Assembly (NCBI GenBank): GCA_044224285.1
Contig: JBGAKS010000020.1
Location: 1,474-65,473, forward strand
DNA: 64,000 nucleotides
Origin: Terricaulis sp.
GTDB taxonomy: Bacteria; Pseudomonadota; Alphaproteobacteria; Caulobacterales; Aquidulcibacteraceae
Reading direction: 5' to 3'
Shown here: positions 36,782 through 46,285 of the stretch, in pieces
Layout of the letters: every line of letters begins with the position of its first letter
Position numbering within the stretch: the stretch's first letter is position 1
Position numbers and translations under genes: made by a program
The notes under the pieces: model-generated
What the model saw: only the letters and a program-made list of their open reading frames with translations
What the model was told of the DNA's origin: nothing
Database searches by the model: none

Positions 36782-38161
36782 TTAGCCTTCCCGTCCGCGA
36801 ATGCCTGCGGGTGCGTTCTGTTGTGTTGCGGCGGGCTGCTCGGCGGCGGGCGCCGGCGTTTGCAGTATGCGAACCGCTTCGCCTTCCTGCAGGAAGGCCG
36901 CGCCCGAACCGACGATGCGCTGATCGATCTGCAGGCCCGAGACAACCTCGACATTGTCGCCATCGCGGCCGCCGAGCTGCACATTCTGACGGGTCACCGG
37001 ATAGGTCGGCTCAGGCGGGATGTCGCCTGCGCCGCGCCGGCGGCGATTGGCGCGCTCGTCCGCCGTCACCGGGACTGCATTCGGCGACACGACAAAGACG
37101 TAAGCTTGGCCGCTGTCATACAGCACCGAACTTTGCGGCACGGCGATCACGTCGCGGGGCGGCAAATTGGCGCGACCGCGCAGATACATGCCGGCGCGCA
37201 CTCGCGAACCTGACGGCAGCGAGAACAGCGCTTCGCCGGTGCGCGTGCGGCTGTCGATCGAAGCGGGCAGGCGGCGCAGCACGCCCTGCACGGTCGATCC
37301 GTCGACGAGCGCGAATGTCGCAACTTGGCGTTCCTGCAGCGCGAGTGCGTCAGCCTCCGCGACTTGTGCTGAGACTTCGAGACGATTGTCGGCGGCGATG
37401 CGAAAGAGAACTTGTCCGTCGACAGGGCGGCCAAGTTCGGCAGTGCGATCGATCACCAGGCCTGATGCGGGCGCGCGGACATAACCGCCGCCAAGGCGAG
37501 CATTGGTCTCGGCGAGCTGGGCGCGCGCCGCCGCGAGACGCGCATCGGCCGCCACGGCGGCGGCGCGGCGCTGTTCAATCGCTTCAGCTGAAAGCGCGCC
37601 GGAGTCGCGAATCGATTCAGCGCGCTGATATTCGCCGCGTGCACGCACCGCCGCGGCTTCCGCTTCAGCGACGCTCGCTTGCGCGGCGCGCGTTTGCGCC
37701 GTCGAGAGCGCTGTATCGAGGCGCGCCATGGCTTGTCCCTGGCGCACGAAATCGCCTTCATCGACGAGAATCTGCAGAATGCGTACGCCCGTTGCCGGCG
37801 CCGCGACTTGAATATCGCGTACCGGTCGCGCTTCGCCGTTCAGCGAAACCTCGGTTTCAAACGTATGCGTCGCGACTGGGATGACGCTGACCGCCTGCGC
37901 CGTTGAGGGCGGCGCCTCGATGTTGTCGTCGCCGCCGATGCGGCTGACGAAGAACAGCACGGCGATGACCGCGGCGATGGCGCCGCCGGTGAGCCACAAT
38001 ATCTTTGTGCGGCGCTTGCCTGGATCTGGCGCATCGGTGGCGCGTTCCCACACACGCTTTCCGGCGTCGCGCGCGGTGCGAAAGGCATGTCCGCCGGCGT
38101 CCCTTGCGCGCTTGAACAAGCTCTCGGGGCGTTCGAGTTGGGGGAGGTCAGGCTTGTTCAT
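36782..38161 (-). CDS. RND efflux periplasmic adaptor (MFP/HlyD family)
   Basis: N-terminal TM helix, coiled-coil hairpin (AQASVAEAEAAAVRARGEYQRAE...AARAQLAETNARL) and beta-barrel domains. Confidence 0.9.
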   Translation of the reverse strand: MNKPDLPQLERPESLFKRARDAGGHAFRTARDAGKRVWERATDAPDPGKRRTKILWLTGGAIAAVIAVLFFVSRIGGDDNIEAPPSTAQAVSVIPVATHTFETEVSLNGEARPVRDIQVAAPATGVRILQILVDEGDFVRQGQAMARLDTALSTAQTRAAQASVAEAEAAAVRARGEYQRAESIRDSGALSAEAIEQRRAAAVAADARLAAARAQLAETNARLGGGYVRAPASGLVIDRTAELGRPVDGQVLFRIAADNRLEVSAQVAEADALALQERQVATFALVDGSTVQGVLRRLPASIDSRTRTGEALFSLPSGSRVRAGMYLRGRANLPPRDVIAVPQSSVLYDSGQAYVFVVSPNAVPVTADERANRRRRGAGDIPPEPTYPVTRQNVQLGGRDGDNVEVVSGLQIDQRIVGSGAAFLQEGEAVRILQTPAPAAEQPAATQQNAPAGIRGREG

Positions 38162-38757
38162 TTGCGTGGCTCAAGAAAGCGCTCGGCGAGCGCACGAAAT
38201 TGGGAGACCGCGGCTTCGGTATGAATGTCGCGGCGAAAAGCGCGCCTGAGACCTATGCCTTCAAGTGCTGCAAACAAGGTGTCGGTCACGGCTTCTGGAT
38301 CAAGTCTGGCGTCAATTTCGCCACGCTGTTGCGCGGCCTCCACGGCTCGCGTGAAGATTTTGACACTCTGGGCGTCGCTCTTGCGCAGCGGCGCCGCCAG
38401 CGTGTCGTCGCGGATTGCTTCCGAGAAGATATCGGCGATGAGCGAGCCGTCGCCTTCGGAGAACTTTTCAAAGAAGCCGCGGGCCGCAAGGCACATGGCC
38501 GGAACGAAGCCTTGCTCTTCGGCGGCGCGCAGAAAGGCTTGATCGTTGTCGCCGCGTTTATCTTCGGCGATGGCGCCGATAATGTCGGCTTTGCTGGAGA
38601 AATAGCGATAAAGCGCGCCGGCGCTGACGCGTGCTTCGGCGCAAATCTCGGCCATCGTGGCTTGGTGAAAGCCGCGGCGGCGGAAACAGGCGATGGCGGC
38701 GTCCATGATTTGACGCCGCCGGCGCTCGGCCAGTTCGGGATCGGCTAGGCGGGCCAA
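38158..38757 (-). CDS. TetR-family transcriptional regulator
   Basis: HTH FRRRGFHQATMAEICAEARVSAGALYRYF. 4-nt overlap with the MFP gene. Confidence 0.9.
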   Translation of the reverse strand: MARLADPELAERRRRQIMDAAIACFRRRGFHQATMAEICAEARVSAGALYRYFSSKADIIGAIAEDKRGDNDQAFLRAAEEQGFVPAMCLAARGFFEKFSEGDGSLIADIFSEAIRDDTLAAPLRKSDAQSVKIFTRAVEAAQQRGEIDARLDPEAVTDTLFAALEGIGLRRAFRRDIHTEAAVSQFRALAERFLEPRK

Positions 38758-38820
38758 GAAGGGTCCCCAGGGTGTTGTTGAGTGGAAACGGCTTGCGTCG
38801 CGATGTTGCGATGCATATAA

Positions 38821-38834
38821 AACGAATGTTCGTT
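38821..38834. promoter_or_regulatory. candidate TetR operator, palindrome AACGAATGTTCGTT
   Basis: Perfect 14-bp palindrome (extends imperfectly to 18 bp) in the AT-richer divergent region between tetR-MFP-RND and the OMF gene. Confidence 0.5.
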
Positions 38835-38946
38835 CTCTAAATGTTAAGCCTGGACGGCGTCAAGCTGAAAACCCAAATGGCTCGCGCGGCCTGAGTTTCT
38901 CAGGCCACGCTTTCCAGACGCCTAAGTGCTTGAGGAGCAATCGGTA

Positions 38947-40386
38947 ATGGCTGCAGTCGGGAACCTCGTCCGGGGCGTGGCGCTAGCGTGCGCGCTGGTC
39001 TCGGCGGCGGGCTGCGTGACCATGCCGAGTGAGCGCGCCGAAGCGCCGCCACTGCCTTCCGTTTGGCGCGATGCGCCCCAAGGCGCCGAATTGCCGGTTA
39101 CCGATTGGTGGCAGGGCTTTGACGATCCGGCCTTGAACCGATTGGTCACCGAGGCGCTCTCCGAAGGGCCAAGCGTGCAACTGGCGGTTTCGCGCGTTCG
39201 GGAAGCGCGGGCGCTTTCGTATTCCACGATCACGCAATTCTTGCCGCAGCTGACAGCGACTGGCAGCGGGCAATATCAGCGCTTCGTTGAAGGACCAGTG
39301 CCTGCGGGCGTCGATCGTGAGTCGATGAGCGGCTCTTACGGCGCGCAAGTCTCGTGGGAAATTCCGTTGTTCTCGATCGGCGCAACGAGCCTTGGCGCCC
39401 GCGCCAACACGCAGAGCGCGCTTGCCGATTTGCGCGGCGCGCGTGTGGCGCTCGCTGCCGATGTCGCGCAGGCCTACGTCGATCTTCGCGCCGCGCAAGC
39501 CAGCCGCGCGGCGTTGCAGCGTTCCGTCGAAACGTCGGACGAACTTGCGCGCATCTTGGCGACGAGCGCCGGTGCGGGCTTTGCCTCTGAGGCGGATGCC
39601 GCCGATGCGCGAAGGCTTGCGGAGAGCACGCGGACACGCCTTCCTGGCTTGATTATCGAAGAACGGCGCGCCGAAAACGTGCTCGCGGTGCTGCGCGGTC
39701 GTGCGCCGGGCACTGAGGATGCCCAAACCCAAAGTGCGCTGGCCGCGGATAACGCGCCGGTGCCGCATCTTGAGCTTAGCTCCGCGCCGGCAGCGCCCGC
39801 AGATCTGCTTCGCTTGCGGCCCGATGTGGCGCGCGCGGAAGCGCAGACCTTGATTGCCGCCGCCCAGCTCGGCGTCGCGCGCGCCGATCTTCTGCCGCAC
39901 ATCAATCTCACCGGCGCGATCAACGTGACGGATGCGCTGATCGGCAACCCAAGCGGCGCAGGCATCACCTTGGCGACAGGCGCGCCGCTCATTTCCATGC
40001 CCTTGTTCGATTGGGGGCAGCGCTTTGCGGTGTCACGTCAGCGCGACGCGCAGTTTGATCAATCGCTGATCCAGTATCGTCAGACGGTGACGCAAGCCAT
40101 CGCCGAAGGCTCCAACGCGCTTGTTTCGCTTGAGCAGGGGCGTCTGCGCCTGAATTCGGCGCGCGCTGCCGAGCAAGCTGCGGAGACGACCGCGCGCGGT
40201 TCACGCGCCGCCTATGAGGCGGGCATCCAAAGTCTGGCCGATCGGCTCCGCTCGGAGCAGCAGCTGATCGATTCAAGTTTGACGCGCATCAGCGCCGAGC
40301 AGCAGGCGGCGAGCGCCGCGATCGCCACTTACCGCGCTTTCGGTGGCGGGCCGGCTGTCGCGCCCGATGTCGTCCGCCGCCGCTAG
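38947..40386 (+). CDS. efflux outer-membrane factor lipoprotein (NodT/OprM family)
   Basis: Lipobox SAAGC. WWQGFDDPALNRLV motif. Two OEP repeats. Start ATG 38947 (GAGGAG 8 nt upstream). Confidence 0.9.
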   Translation: MAAVGNLVRGVALACALVSAAGCVTMPSERAEAPPLPSVWRDAPQGAELPVTDWWQGFDDPALNRLVTEALSEGPSVQLAVSRVREARALSYSTITQFLPQLTATGSGQYQRFVEGPVPAGVDRESMSGSYGAQVSWEIPLFSIGATSLGARANTQSALADLRGARVALAADVAQAYVDLRAAQASRAALQRSVETSDELARILATSAGAGFASEADAADARRLAESTRTRLPGLIIEERRAENVLAVLRGRAPGTEDAQTQSALAADNAPVPHLELSSAPAAPADLLRLRPDVARAEAQTLIAAAQLGVARADLLPHINLTGAINVTDALIGNPSGAGITLATGAPLISMPLFDWGQRFAVSRQRDAQFDQSLIQYRQTVTQAIAEGSNALVSLEQGRLRLNSARAAEQAAETTARGSRAAYEAGIQSLADRLRSEQQLIDSSLTRISAEQQAASAAIATYRAFGGGPAVAPDVVRRR

Positions 40387-40483
40387 CCGATCAATCCACG
40401 TCATTCGTCGCTCGCGCCCGCGAAAGGGCTGGACACGCGCGCGCGTGTGCGCTGCCTAGGCCGATAGGTCAGGGGAGCGGGTG

Positions 40484-43291
40484 ATGAAGCGAGCGCTTGC
40501 GGGTGCGTTGATGTTTGCGATGGCGCTGAGCGCCTGCGCGACCTCAAGCTCAACAACGGCCAGTCAAGAGCAGCCGGCCACGGTCGCTGAACTCCTCGAA
40601 GGTGTCGAGATTCCCTACGAGCGCTTCACGCTTGATAACGGTCTCACCGTGCTTGTGCATGAGGATCGCAAGGCCCCGATCGTGGCCATCGCGGCCTGGT
40701 ACAATATCGGCTCCAAGGACGAGCCGGCGGGGCAAGCTGGCTTCGCGCACCTGTTTGAGCACATCATGTTGTTCAACGGCACCGAGCACATTCCGAATTT
40801 GATCGAGCCGTTGCGCGAAATGGGCGCAACAAATTGGAACGGCACCACCTGGTTCGATCGCACCAACTATTTCCAAACCGTGCCGACGCCCGCCTTGGAA
40901 CGCGGCCTCTATATCGAGAGCGAGCGTATGGGTTATCTGCTCGGCGCCCTCACGCAAGAACGCCTCGATGCGCAGCGCGGCATCGTGCAGAACGAAAAGC
41001 GCCAAGGAGACAACCAGCCCTATGGCATGACGTTCTATCGCGTTCTTGAGCGTCTGTTTCCCGAAGGCCACCCGTATCGCCACTCGACCATCGGCTCGAT
41101 GGCCGATCTGGACGATGCGTCGCTTGAAGAGGTGCGGCAGTGGTTCCGCGACAATTACGGGCCGAACAACGCCGTGATCGTGCTGGCGGGCGATATTAAT
41201 GTCGCCGAGGCGCGGCCGTTGATGCAGCGCTATTTCGGGCAAATTCCGCGCGGGCGCGCAAACGTCCCGGCCGCGGCGGACATTCCGACTCTGCCGGCGC
41301 GTCTCGCTGAGACGATGCATGACCGCGTATCGAACACGCGGCTTTATCGTACGTGGGTTGTGCCAGGTTTGGCGCATGACGACACGCTCGAACTCGATGT
41401 CGCCGCGCAGGTTCTGGGTGGGCTGAACAGCTCGCGGTTGGATCGCATTCTGGTGCGGGACGAGCAGAGCGCCGTGTCGGTCAGCTCCAGCGTGCTGCCG
41501 TTTCAGCGGTTGAGCTTCTTTTTCGTCACCGTAGATGTGAAACCTGGCGTCGATCCCGCGGCGGTTTCAGCGCGGCTTGACCAGATCGTGAATGATTTCA
41601 TCGCCACCGGCCCAACCGCGGATGAAATTCAGCGCGTCGCGACACAACAAGTGTTCGGAAGCGTACTCGCGATCGAGCAGGTGGGCGGCTTTGGCGGCAA
41701 GACAGTCGCGCTCGCCAACAGCACAGTGCTCGCCGGTGATCCCGATTTCTACGAACGCAATCTGCGCGCCTATGGCGAAGTGACGCCGGCTGCCGTGCGC
41801 GATGTCATGGGCCGTTGGCTCACGCGTCCGACATTTGCGCTCCGCGTCGATCCCGGCGCACGCGAACCCTATCAGGAAGCGAGCGCCACAAATCGGCCGG
41901 CGCCCGACAATCGTCCGCCGACCGCGCAGCCGCGCGACCCGATGCCGGAGATCGGCACGATTGCGGATCTGGATTTTCCGGACGTGCAACGCGCGCATCT
42001 GAGCAACGGCATCGAGGTCGTGTATGCCCATCGCGCCGCCGTGCCGATCACTTATGTCGCGTTTGATTTCGACGCAGGCGTCGCCGCCGATCCGCAAGGC
42101 GGGTTTGGTACGCAGCGGCTCATGCTCTCATCGCTCACCTCGGGTGCGGGTGGACGAGACGCGATGCAGATCGCCGAACAGCAGGAGCGCCTTGGCGCCA
42201 CCATCGGCGCGAACGGTACGCTCGATCGCTCGTCGCTCACTTTGACGACGATGAGCGCCAATCTCGGCCTCTCGCTCGATCTCTTCGCCGACGTTGTGAT
42301 CCGTCCCGACTTCGCCGAAACCGAAGTGACGCGCGAGCGCAACCAGCAACTCGCGGCAATCGCCGCCGAAGGGACGCAGCCGAACGGCCTGGCGCAGCGC
42401 ACGTTCCCCGCGCTCGTGTTCGGCGCAAATCACCCCTACGGGCGCCCATCGTCGGGCCTTGGCAGCCAAGTGTCGCTCTCACCGCTGACGCGCGATAATC
42501 TGGTCGCGTTCCACCAGACCTGGATTCGCCCCGAGACGGCGCGCGTGTTTGTCGTTTCGGATCGGCCACTGAACGAGATCACGCCGGCGCTTAACGCGCG
42601 CTTCGGCAATTGGCGCGGCGCCGCTGTGCCGGTCGGCCATAAGAACTTCGACACGCCAATCCCGGCGCCGCGCTCGCGCATCGTCATCGTCGATCGCCCG
42701 CAATCGCCGCAATCGGTGATCTACGCCGGCGCGGTGCTGCCGATCCGCGGTTCGGACGATACGCTGACGCTCAACGCCGCCAATGAAGTGCTGGGCAGCA
42801 ACTTCCTGTCGCGCATCAACACGGAAATTCGCGAGCGCCGCGGCTGGTCCTATGGGCTTAGCGGCAACGTCAGTCTGCGCGAGAACCAGGTGCCGTATAT
42901 CATCAACGCACCGGTTCAGGCCGATCGCACTGGCGATTCCATTCGCGTTCTGATCGAGCAGATCGATGCGTTCAACTCATCGAACGGCGTTTCGGAATCC
43001 GAGCATGTGCGGACCGTCAACGGCAATATCCGCCAGCTGCCTGGCTCGTTTGAAACCGCCGGCGCCGTGCTGGGCGCCTTGCGTTCGAACCAGCTTTATC
43101 GCCGGCCGGACAATTACTGGGAAAGCGTCGCCTCGCGTTATCGCGCGATGAGCGCCGCGCAGATGGACGCCGCGGCGCGTGCGGCGATCGATCCCTCGCG
43201 GTTCGTGTGGGTGGTGGTTGGCGATGCGTCCGTTGTCCGGCCGCAGCTCACCGGGCTGGGTCTCGATATCGAGGTCATTCCCGCTTCGTGA
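40484..43291 (+). CDS. M16 (pitrilysin/insulinase) family zinc peptidase, double-unit 936 aa
   Basis: Signal/lipobox (LSAC). Inverted zinc motif HLFEH in the first unit. The second M16-like unit lacks HxxEH. Confidence 0.85.
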   Translation: MKRALAGALMFAMALSACATSSSTTASQEQPATVAELLEGVEIPYERFTLDNGLTVLVHEDRKAPIVAIAAWYNIGSKDEPAGQAGFAHLFEHIMLFNGTEHIPNLIEPLREMGATNWNGTTWFDRTNYFQTVPTPALERGLYIESERMGYLLGALTQERLDAQRGIVQNEKRQGDNQPYGMTFYRVLERLFPEGHPYRHSTIGSMADLDDASLEEVRQWFRDNYGPNNAVIVLAGDINVAEARPLMQRYFGQIPRGRANVPAAADIPTLPARLAETMHDRVSNTRLYRTWVVPGLAHDDTLELDVAAQVLGGLNSSRLDRILVRDEQSAVSVSSSVLPFQRLSFFFVTVDVKPGVDPAAVSARLDQIVNDFIATGPTADEIQRVATQQVFGSVLAIEQVGGFGGKTVALANSTVLAGDPDFYERNLRAYGEVTPAAVRDVMGRWLTRPTFALRVDPGAREPYQEASATNRPAPDNRPPTAQPRDPMPEIGTIADLDFPDVQRAHLSNGIEVVYAHRAAVPITYVAFDFDAGVAADPQGGFGTQRLMLSSLTSGAGGRDAMQIAEQQERLGATIGANGTLDRSSLTLTTMSANLGLSLDLFADVVIRPDFAETEVTRERNQQLAAIAAEGTQPNGLAQRTFPALVFGANHPYGRPSSGLGSQVSLSPLTRDNLVAFHQTWIRPETARVFVVSDRPLNEITPALNARFGNWRGAAVPVGHKNFDTPIPAPRSRIVIVDRPQSPQSVIYAGAVLPIRGSDDTLTLNAANEVLGSNFLSRINTEIRERRGWSYGLSGNVSLRENQVPYIINAPVQADRTGDSIRVLIEQIDAFNSSNGVSESEHVRTVNGNIRQLPGSFETAGAVLGALRSNQLYRRPDNYWESVASRYRAMSAAQMDAAARAAIDPSRFVWVVVGDASVVRPQLTGLGLDIEVIPAS

Positions 43292-43362
43292 TCATAGGGT
43301 GGCGCTGGGATTAGGCTGGCGCCGCGTAGGGCTTCGCCTGTATCGTGAGGCGCGAGGGATGC

Positions 43363-43965
43363 ATGGCGCGCACGCAGGCAGCTGAGTATGACGAACGGAA
43401 GCAGGCGATCGTCGAGCAGGCAGCGGCGCTGTTCGCGACGCGTGGCTTCAATGGCGCCTCGGTCGCGGACATCGCCGATCGCGGCAACATCTCAAAGAGT
43501 TTGATCTATCACTATTACGAATCGAAAGAGGACATTCTTTACGACGTGATGATCAGCCATGTGCGAGCGCTCGAAGCGGCCGCCGCCGATGCGCTGGCGG
43601 GCGGCGCAAAACCAGAACAAAAGTTACGCGATCTCACGCAGCTTTTCATGGCGCTCTATGTCGGCGCCGCCGATCGGCATAAGGTTCTGCTGAACGATCT
43701 AGATTACGTGCCAAAGGCGCGCCGCGCTGAGATTGTCCAAGTGCAGCGCGGCTTGATTGAGAGCGTGCGCGCGCTGCTCGTCGAGATTGAGCCTGCTCTA
43801 AAAAAACGCGAAGGCGTTAGCCTCACTGCCGCAATGCTGTTCTTCGGCGCTATCAACTGGACGCACACCTGGTACGACGCGAAAGGCGCCGTAAGTCCCG
43901 AAGCGCTTGCGAACATGGTTGTGGATATGACGGTTGCCGGGCTTGCGCGCGCCGCCGAAGGCTAA
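43363..43965 (+). CDS. TetR-family transcriptional regulator
   Basis: HTH FATRGFNGASVADIADRGNISKSLIYHYY. Confidence 0.85.
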   Translation: MARTQAAEYDERKQAIVEQAAALFATRGFNGASVADIADRGNISKSLIYHYYESKEDILYDVMISHVRALEAAAADALAGGAKPEQKLRDLTQLFMALYVGAADRHKVLLNDLDYVPKARRAEIVQVQRGLIESVRALLVEIEPALKKREGVSLTAAMLFFGAINWTHTWYDAKGAVSPEALANMVVDMTVAGLARAAEG

Positions 43966-44681
43966 AGCGGCTTTCGCCATTCCATCACCATGAACCATGG
44001 CGCGCGGCGATAGCGCTCCGCCTTCGGCTCCGGCGCGCCGACGATTGGTGCGGGTTCGTCAAAGAAGCGAAGCTCAAGCCCGTGACGCAAGAATTCGCGC
44101 ATGTAAGCGGCGAGCGGGCGGTGGTGATTGACGATGCGGATGCCGCGCCATTCGGTCCAGAAGCCGCGCTCTTGGAGATAGTGATCGACCGGATAGTATT
44201 TGAGTTCGCTGCCGAAGCCGCGCACCCAACCTCTCTCGGCGCCAGCCGTGTTGAAGCTGTTGCAATTGGCGATGAGCAGTGTGCCGCCAGGCTTCAGCAC
44301 CCGCGCCATCTCAGCGATTGGCGCGCCGATCTCCGGCATGTCGAGCAGGCTAAGATAGCTGACCACAAGGTCAAAGCTCGCGTCGCCTACCGGCAACGCA
44401 TTGCCGCTCGCTTCGATATAAATACCGCGCGGATCGCGCTCGCGTGCATGCTCAAGCAGCGTGCGTGTCGGATCGATGCCGGTGCAGGCAATGCCAGTGG
44501 CGCCGAGCATGCGGCAGAAGCGGCCCTCGCCGCAGCCGACATCCAACATCGTCTGAGGCTTTGCCGCCAACGCGCGCGGCGCCATTACTGGATCGAGCAC
44601 ATACCGGCGCCCGAAATCGCCGTGCTCTCCCATGTCCGCGATCCAAGCGTCTGCGGACTCGTTCCAACCATTTTCTGACAT
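43962..44681 (-). CDS. class I SAM-dependent methyltransferase
   Basis: Motif I LDVGCGEGRF and post-I/II motifs (FDLVVSYLSL, LKPGGTLLI). Confidence 0.8.
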   Translation of the reverse strand: MSENGWNESADAWIADMGEHGDFGRRYVLDPVMAPRALAAKPQTMLDVGCGEGRFCRMLGATGIACTGIDPTRTLLEHARERDPRGIYIEASGNALPVGDASFDLVVSYLSLLDMPEIGAPIAEMARVLKPGGTLLIANCNSFNTAGAERGWVRGFGSELKYYPVDHYLQERGFWTEWRGIRIVNHHRPLAAYMREFLRHGLELRFFDEPAPIVGAPEPKAERYRRAPWFMVMEWRKPL

Positions 44682-44684
44682 GAC

Positions 44685-45764
44685 CTAGACGTCGTACGTC
44701 AGCGCCACGCCTTCGGTAAGAGGGGTTGCCTGGCAAGTGAGCACGTAGCCGTCGGCGATCTCTTGCTCCGAGAGGCCGTAATTCACTTTCATGCTGACTT
44801 CGCCCGCCGTCACCTTGGCGCGGCAAGTGGCGCAGACGCCGCCTTTGCACGCGAACGGCGCGGGCAGGCCGGCGGCGCGAACGTTATCCAGGATCGAGTG
44901 GTTCTTCGGATCGAACGCGACCTGCATGCGCCGGCCATTGAGCGTCACGCTCATCTTCAGACCAGCGGCTTTTTCTTCGAGCGCACGCGCGGCGGCGGCT
45001 TGCGCCGCAGAGAGAGGCCCGGTGGTGAAGCGCTCGATGAGGATGCGTGGCTTCTCTACGCCCTTAGCAGTGAGCGCTTCTTCAATCGCGTCCATCATCG
45101 GGCCGGGGCCACAGATGAAAAACGCATCGATGTCGGCGGGATTCACCAGCGTTGCGAGGATTTCGCTTACCTTCGCGGCGTCGAGACGGCCGTTGAAGAG
45201 TTCGATTTCCTCTTCCTCTTCCTCCAGGAAGTGAAACACGGAGACGCGGTCGATATAGCGATCCTTGTGGCCGGCGATTTCTTCCAGAAACATCACGCCC
45301 GGCGAATTGCGATTGCCGTAGAGGAGCGTGAAGCGCGACTGCGGCTCTATCGCGAGCGCGGTCTTCATCAGCGAGAGGATCGGTGTGATGCCTGAGCCGC
45401 CGGCGAAGGCCACATACTCGCGCCGCGCGTCCGGATCGAAACTCCAGCAGAACGACCCGTGCGGCGCCATCACTTCGAGTTCGTCGCCAGCCTTCAGGTC
45501 ATCGTTCATCCAGCTTGAAAACGCACCGCCAGAGATCTTCTTGACGCCAATCTTCAGCACGCCTTCGCTGGGGCTGACGCAAACAGAATAATTGCGCCGC
45601 ACTTCCTCGCCGTTGAAGTCGCGGCGGAAGGTGAGGTGTTGCCCCGCCTTGAACGCAAATGCGTCGCGCAGCGCCTCGGGCAGCTCAAAGCGCACCGACA
45701 CCGCGTCCGGCGTCTCGCGCTTCACTTCCGCCACGCGCAGTTTGTGAAAATCAATGCTTGCCAT
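44685..45764 (-). CDS. paaE: phenylacetyl-CoA 1,2-epoxidase reductase subunit
   Basis: FNR-like FAD/NAD domains (RNYSV, GGSGITP) and a C-terminal plant-type 2Fe-2S motif (C-x4-C-x2-C: CKGGVCATC). ATG 45764 overlaps the paaD stop (TAATG). Confidence 0.9.
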   Translation of the reverse strand: MASIDFHKLRVAEVKRETPDAVSVRFELPEALRDAFAFKAGQHLTFRRDFNGEEVRRNYSVCVSPSEGVLKIGVKKISGGAFSSWMNDDLKAGDELEVMAPHGSFCWSFDPDARREYVAFAGGSGITPILSLMKTALAIEPQSRFTLLYGNRNSPGVMFLEEIAGHKDRYIDRVSVFHFLEEEEEEIELFNGRLDAAKVSEILATLVNPADIDAFFICGPGPMMDAIEEALTAKGVEKPRILIERFTTGPLSAAQAAAARALEEKAAGLKMSVTLNGRRMQVAFDPKNHSILDNVRAAGLPAPFACKGGVCATCRAKVTAGEVSMKVNYGLSEQEIADGYVLTCQATPLTEGVALTYDV

Positions 45765-46285
45765 TAGTGACACTTAAACCGGTCGAACGGCTCTGCGCAG
45801 GCCTTGCAGCGCCAAAGCGCTTTGCAGGGCGTGGAGCCGAAACGTGAAAGCTCTTCGGTGTTGGACGAACCGCAGCGCGGGCATTCGGCGGCCGTCTGAT
45901 TTTTCAACGAAGCCGCGGCCGCGCCTCTTGGCGGCGGCGCGATGCCGTAGGCGCGCAATTTCTCGCGGCCTTCGTCGCTGATCCAATCCGTAGACCAGGG
46001 CGGCGAAAGCGTCGTTTCGATTGCAACGTCCGCAAAGCCATTCGCATCGAGCGCCGTGCGGATCGATTGCTCGATGGCGATAGTGGCAGGGCAGCCGGTG
46101 TATGTCGGCGTGATGACGACGCGGTCGGCGTGAATTTCGCGGACGATGCCAAGATCAATGACGGAGACTGCTGGAATCTCGGGATCGGGAACGTTCGCGA
46201 GAGTGGCGCGCATATGGACCGCCGGCGCCTCGCCGGCATGCGCGGTGCGGGCCGGCGAGGGCGCCGGCGGTCGATGATGCGCCAT
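45764..46285 (-). CDS. paaD: phenylacetyl-CoA epoxidase subunit PaaD
   Basis: VPDPEIPAVSVIDLGIVR, PTYTGCPA, and a C-terminal CPRCGS...CKALWRCKAC Zn-ribbon-like motif. The start is ambiguous. ATG 46285 is coupled to the paaC stop but reads through repeat copy D. ATG 46213 lies just after the repeat. Confidence 0.85.
   Translation of the reverse strand: MAHHRPPAPSPARTAHAGEAPAVHMRATLANVPDPEIPAVSVIDLGIVREIHADRVVITPTYTGCPATIAIEQSIRTALDANGFADVAIETTLSPPWSTDWISDEGREKLRAYGIAPPPRGAAAASLKNQTAAECPRCGSSNTEELSRFGSTPCKALWRCKACAEPFDRFKCH
46214..46275. repeat. GC-rich palindromic repeat, copy D
   Basis: ATGGACCGCCGGCGCCTCGCCGGC - ATGCGCGGTGCGG - GCCGGCGAGGGCGCCGGCGGTCGAT. Same family as copies A and B. Located between the paaC stop and the conserved part of paaD. 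Confidence 0.8.
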
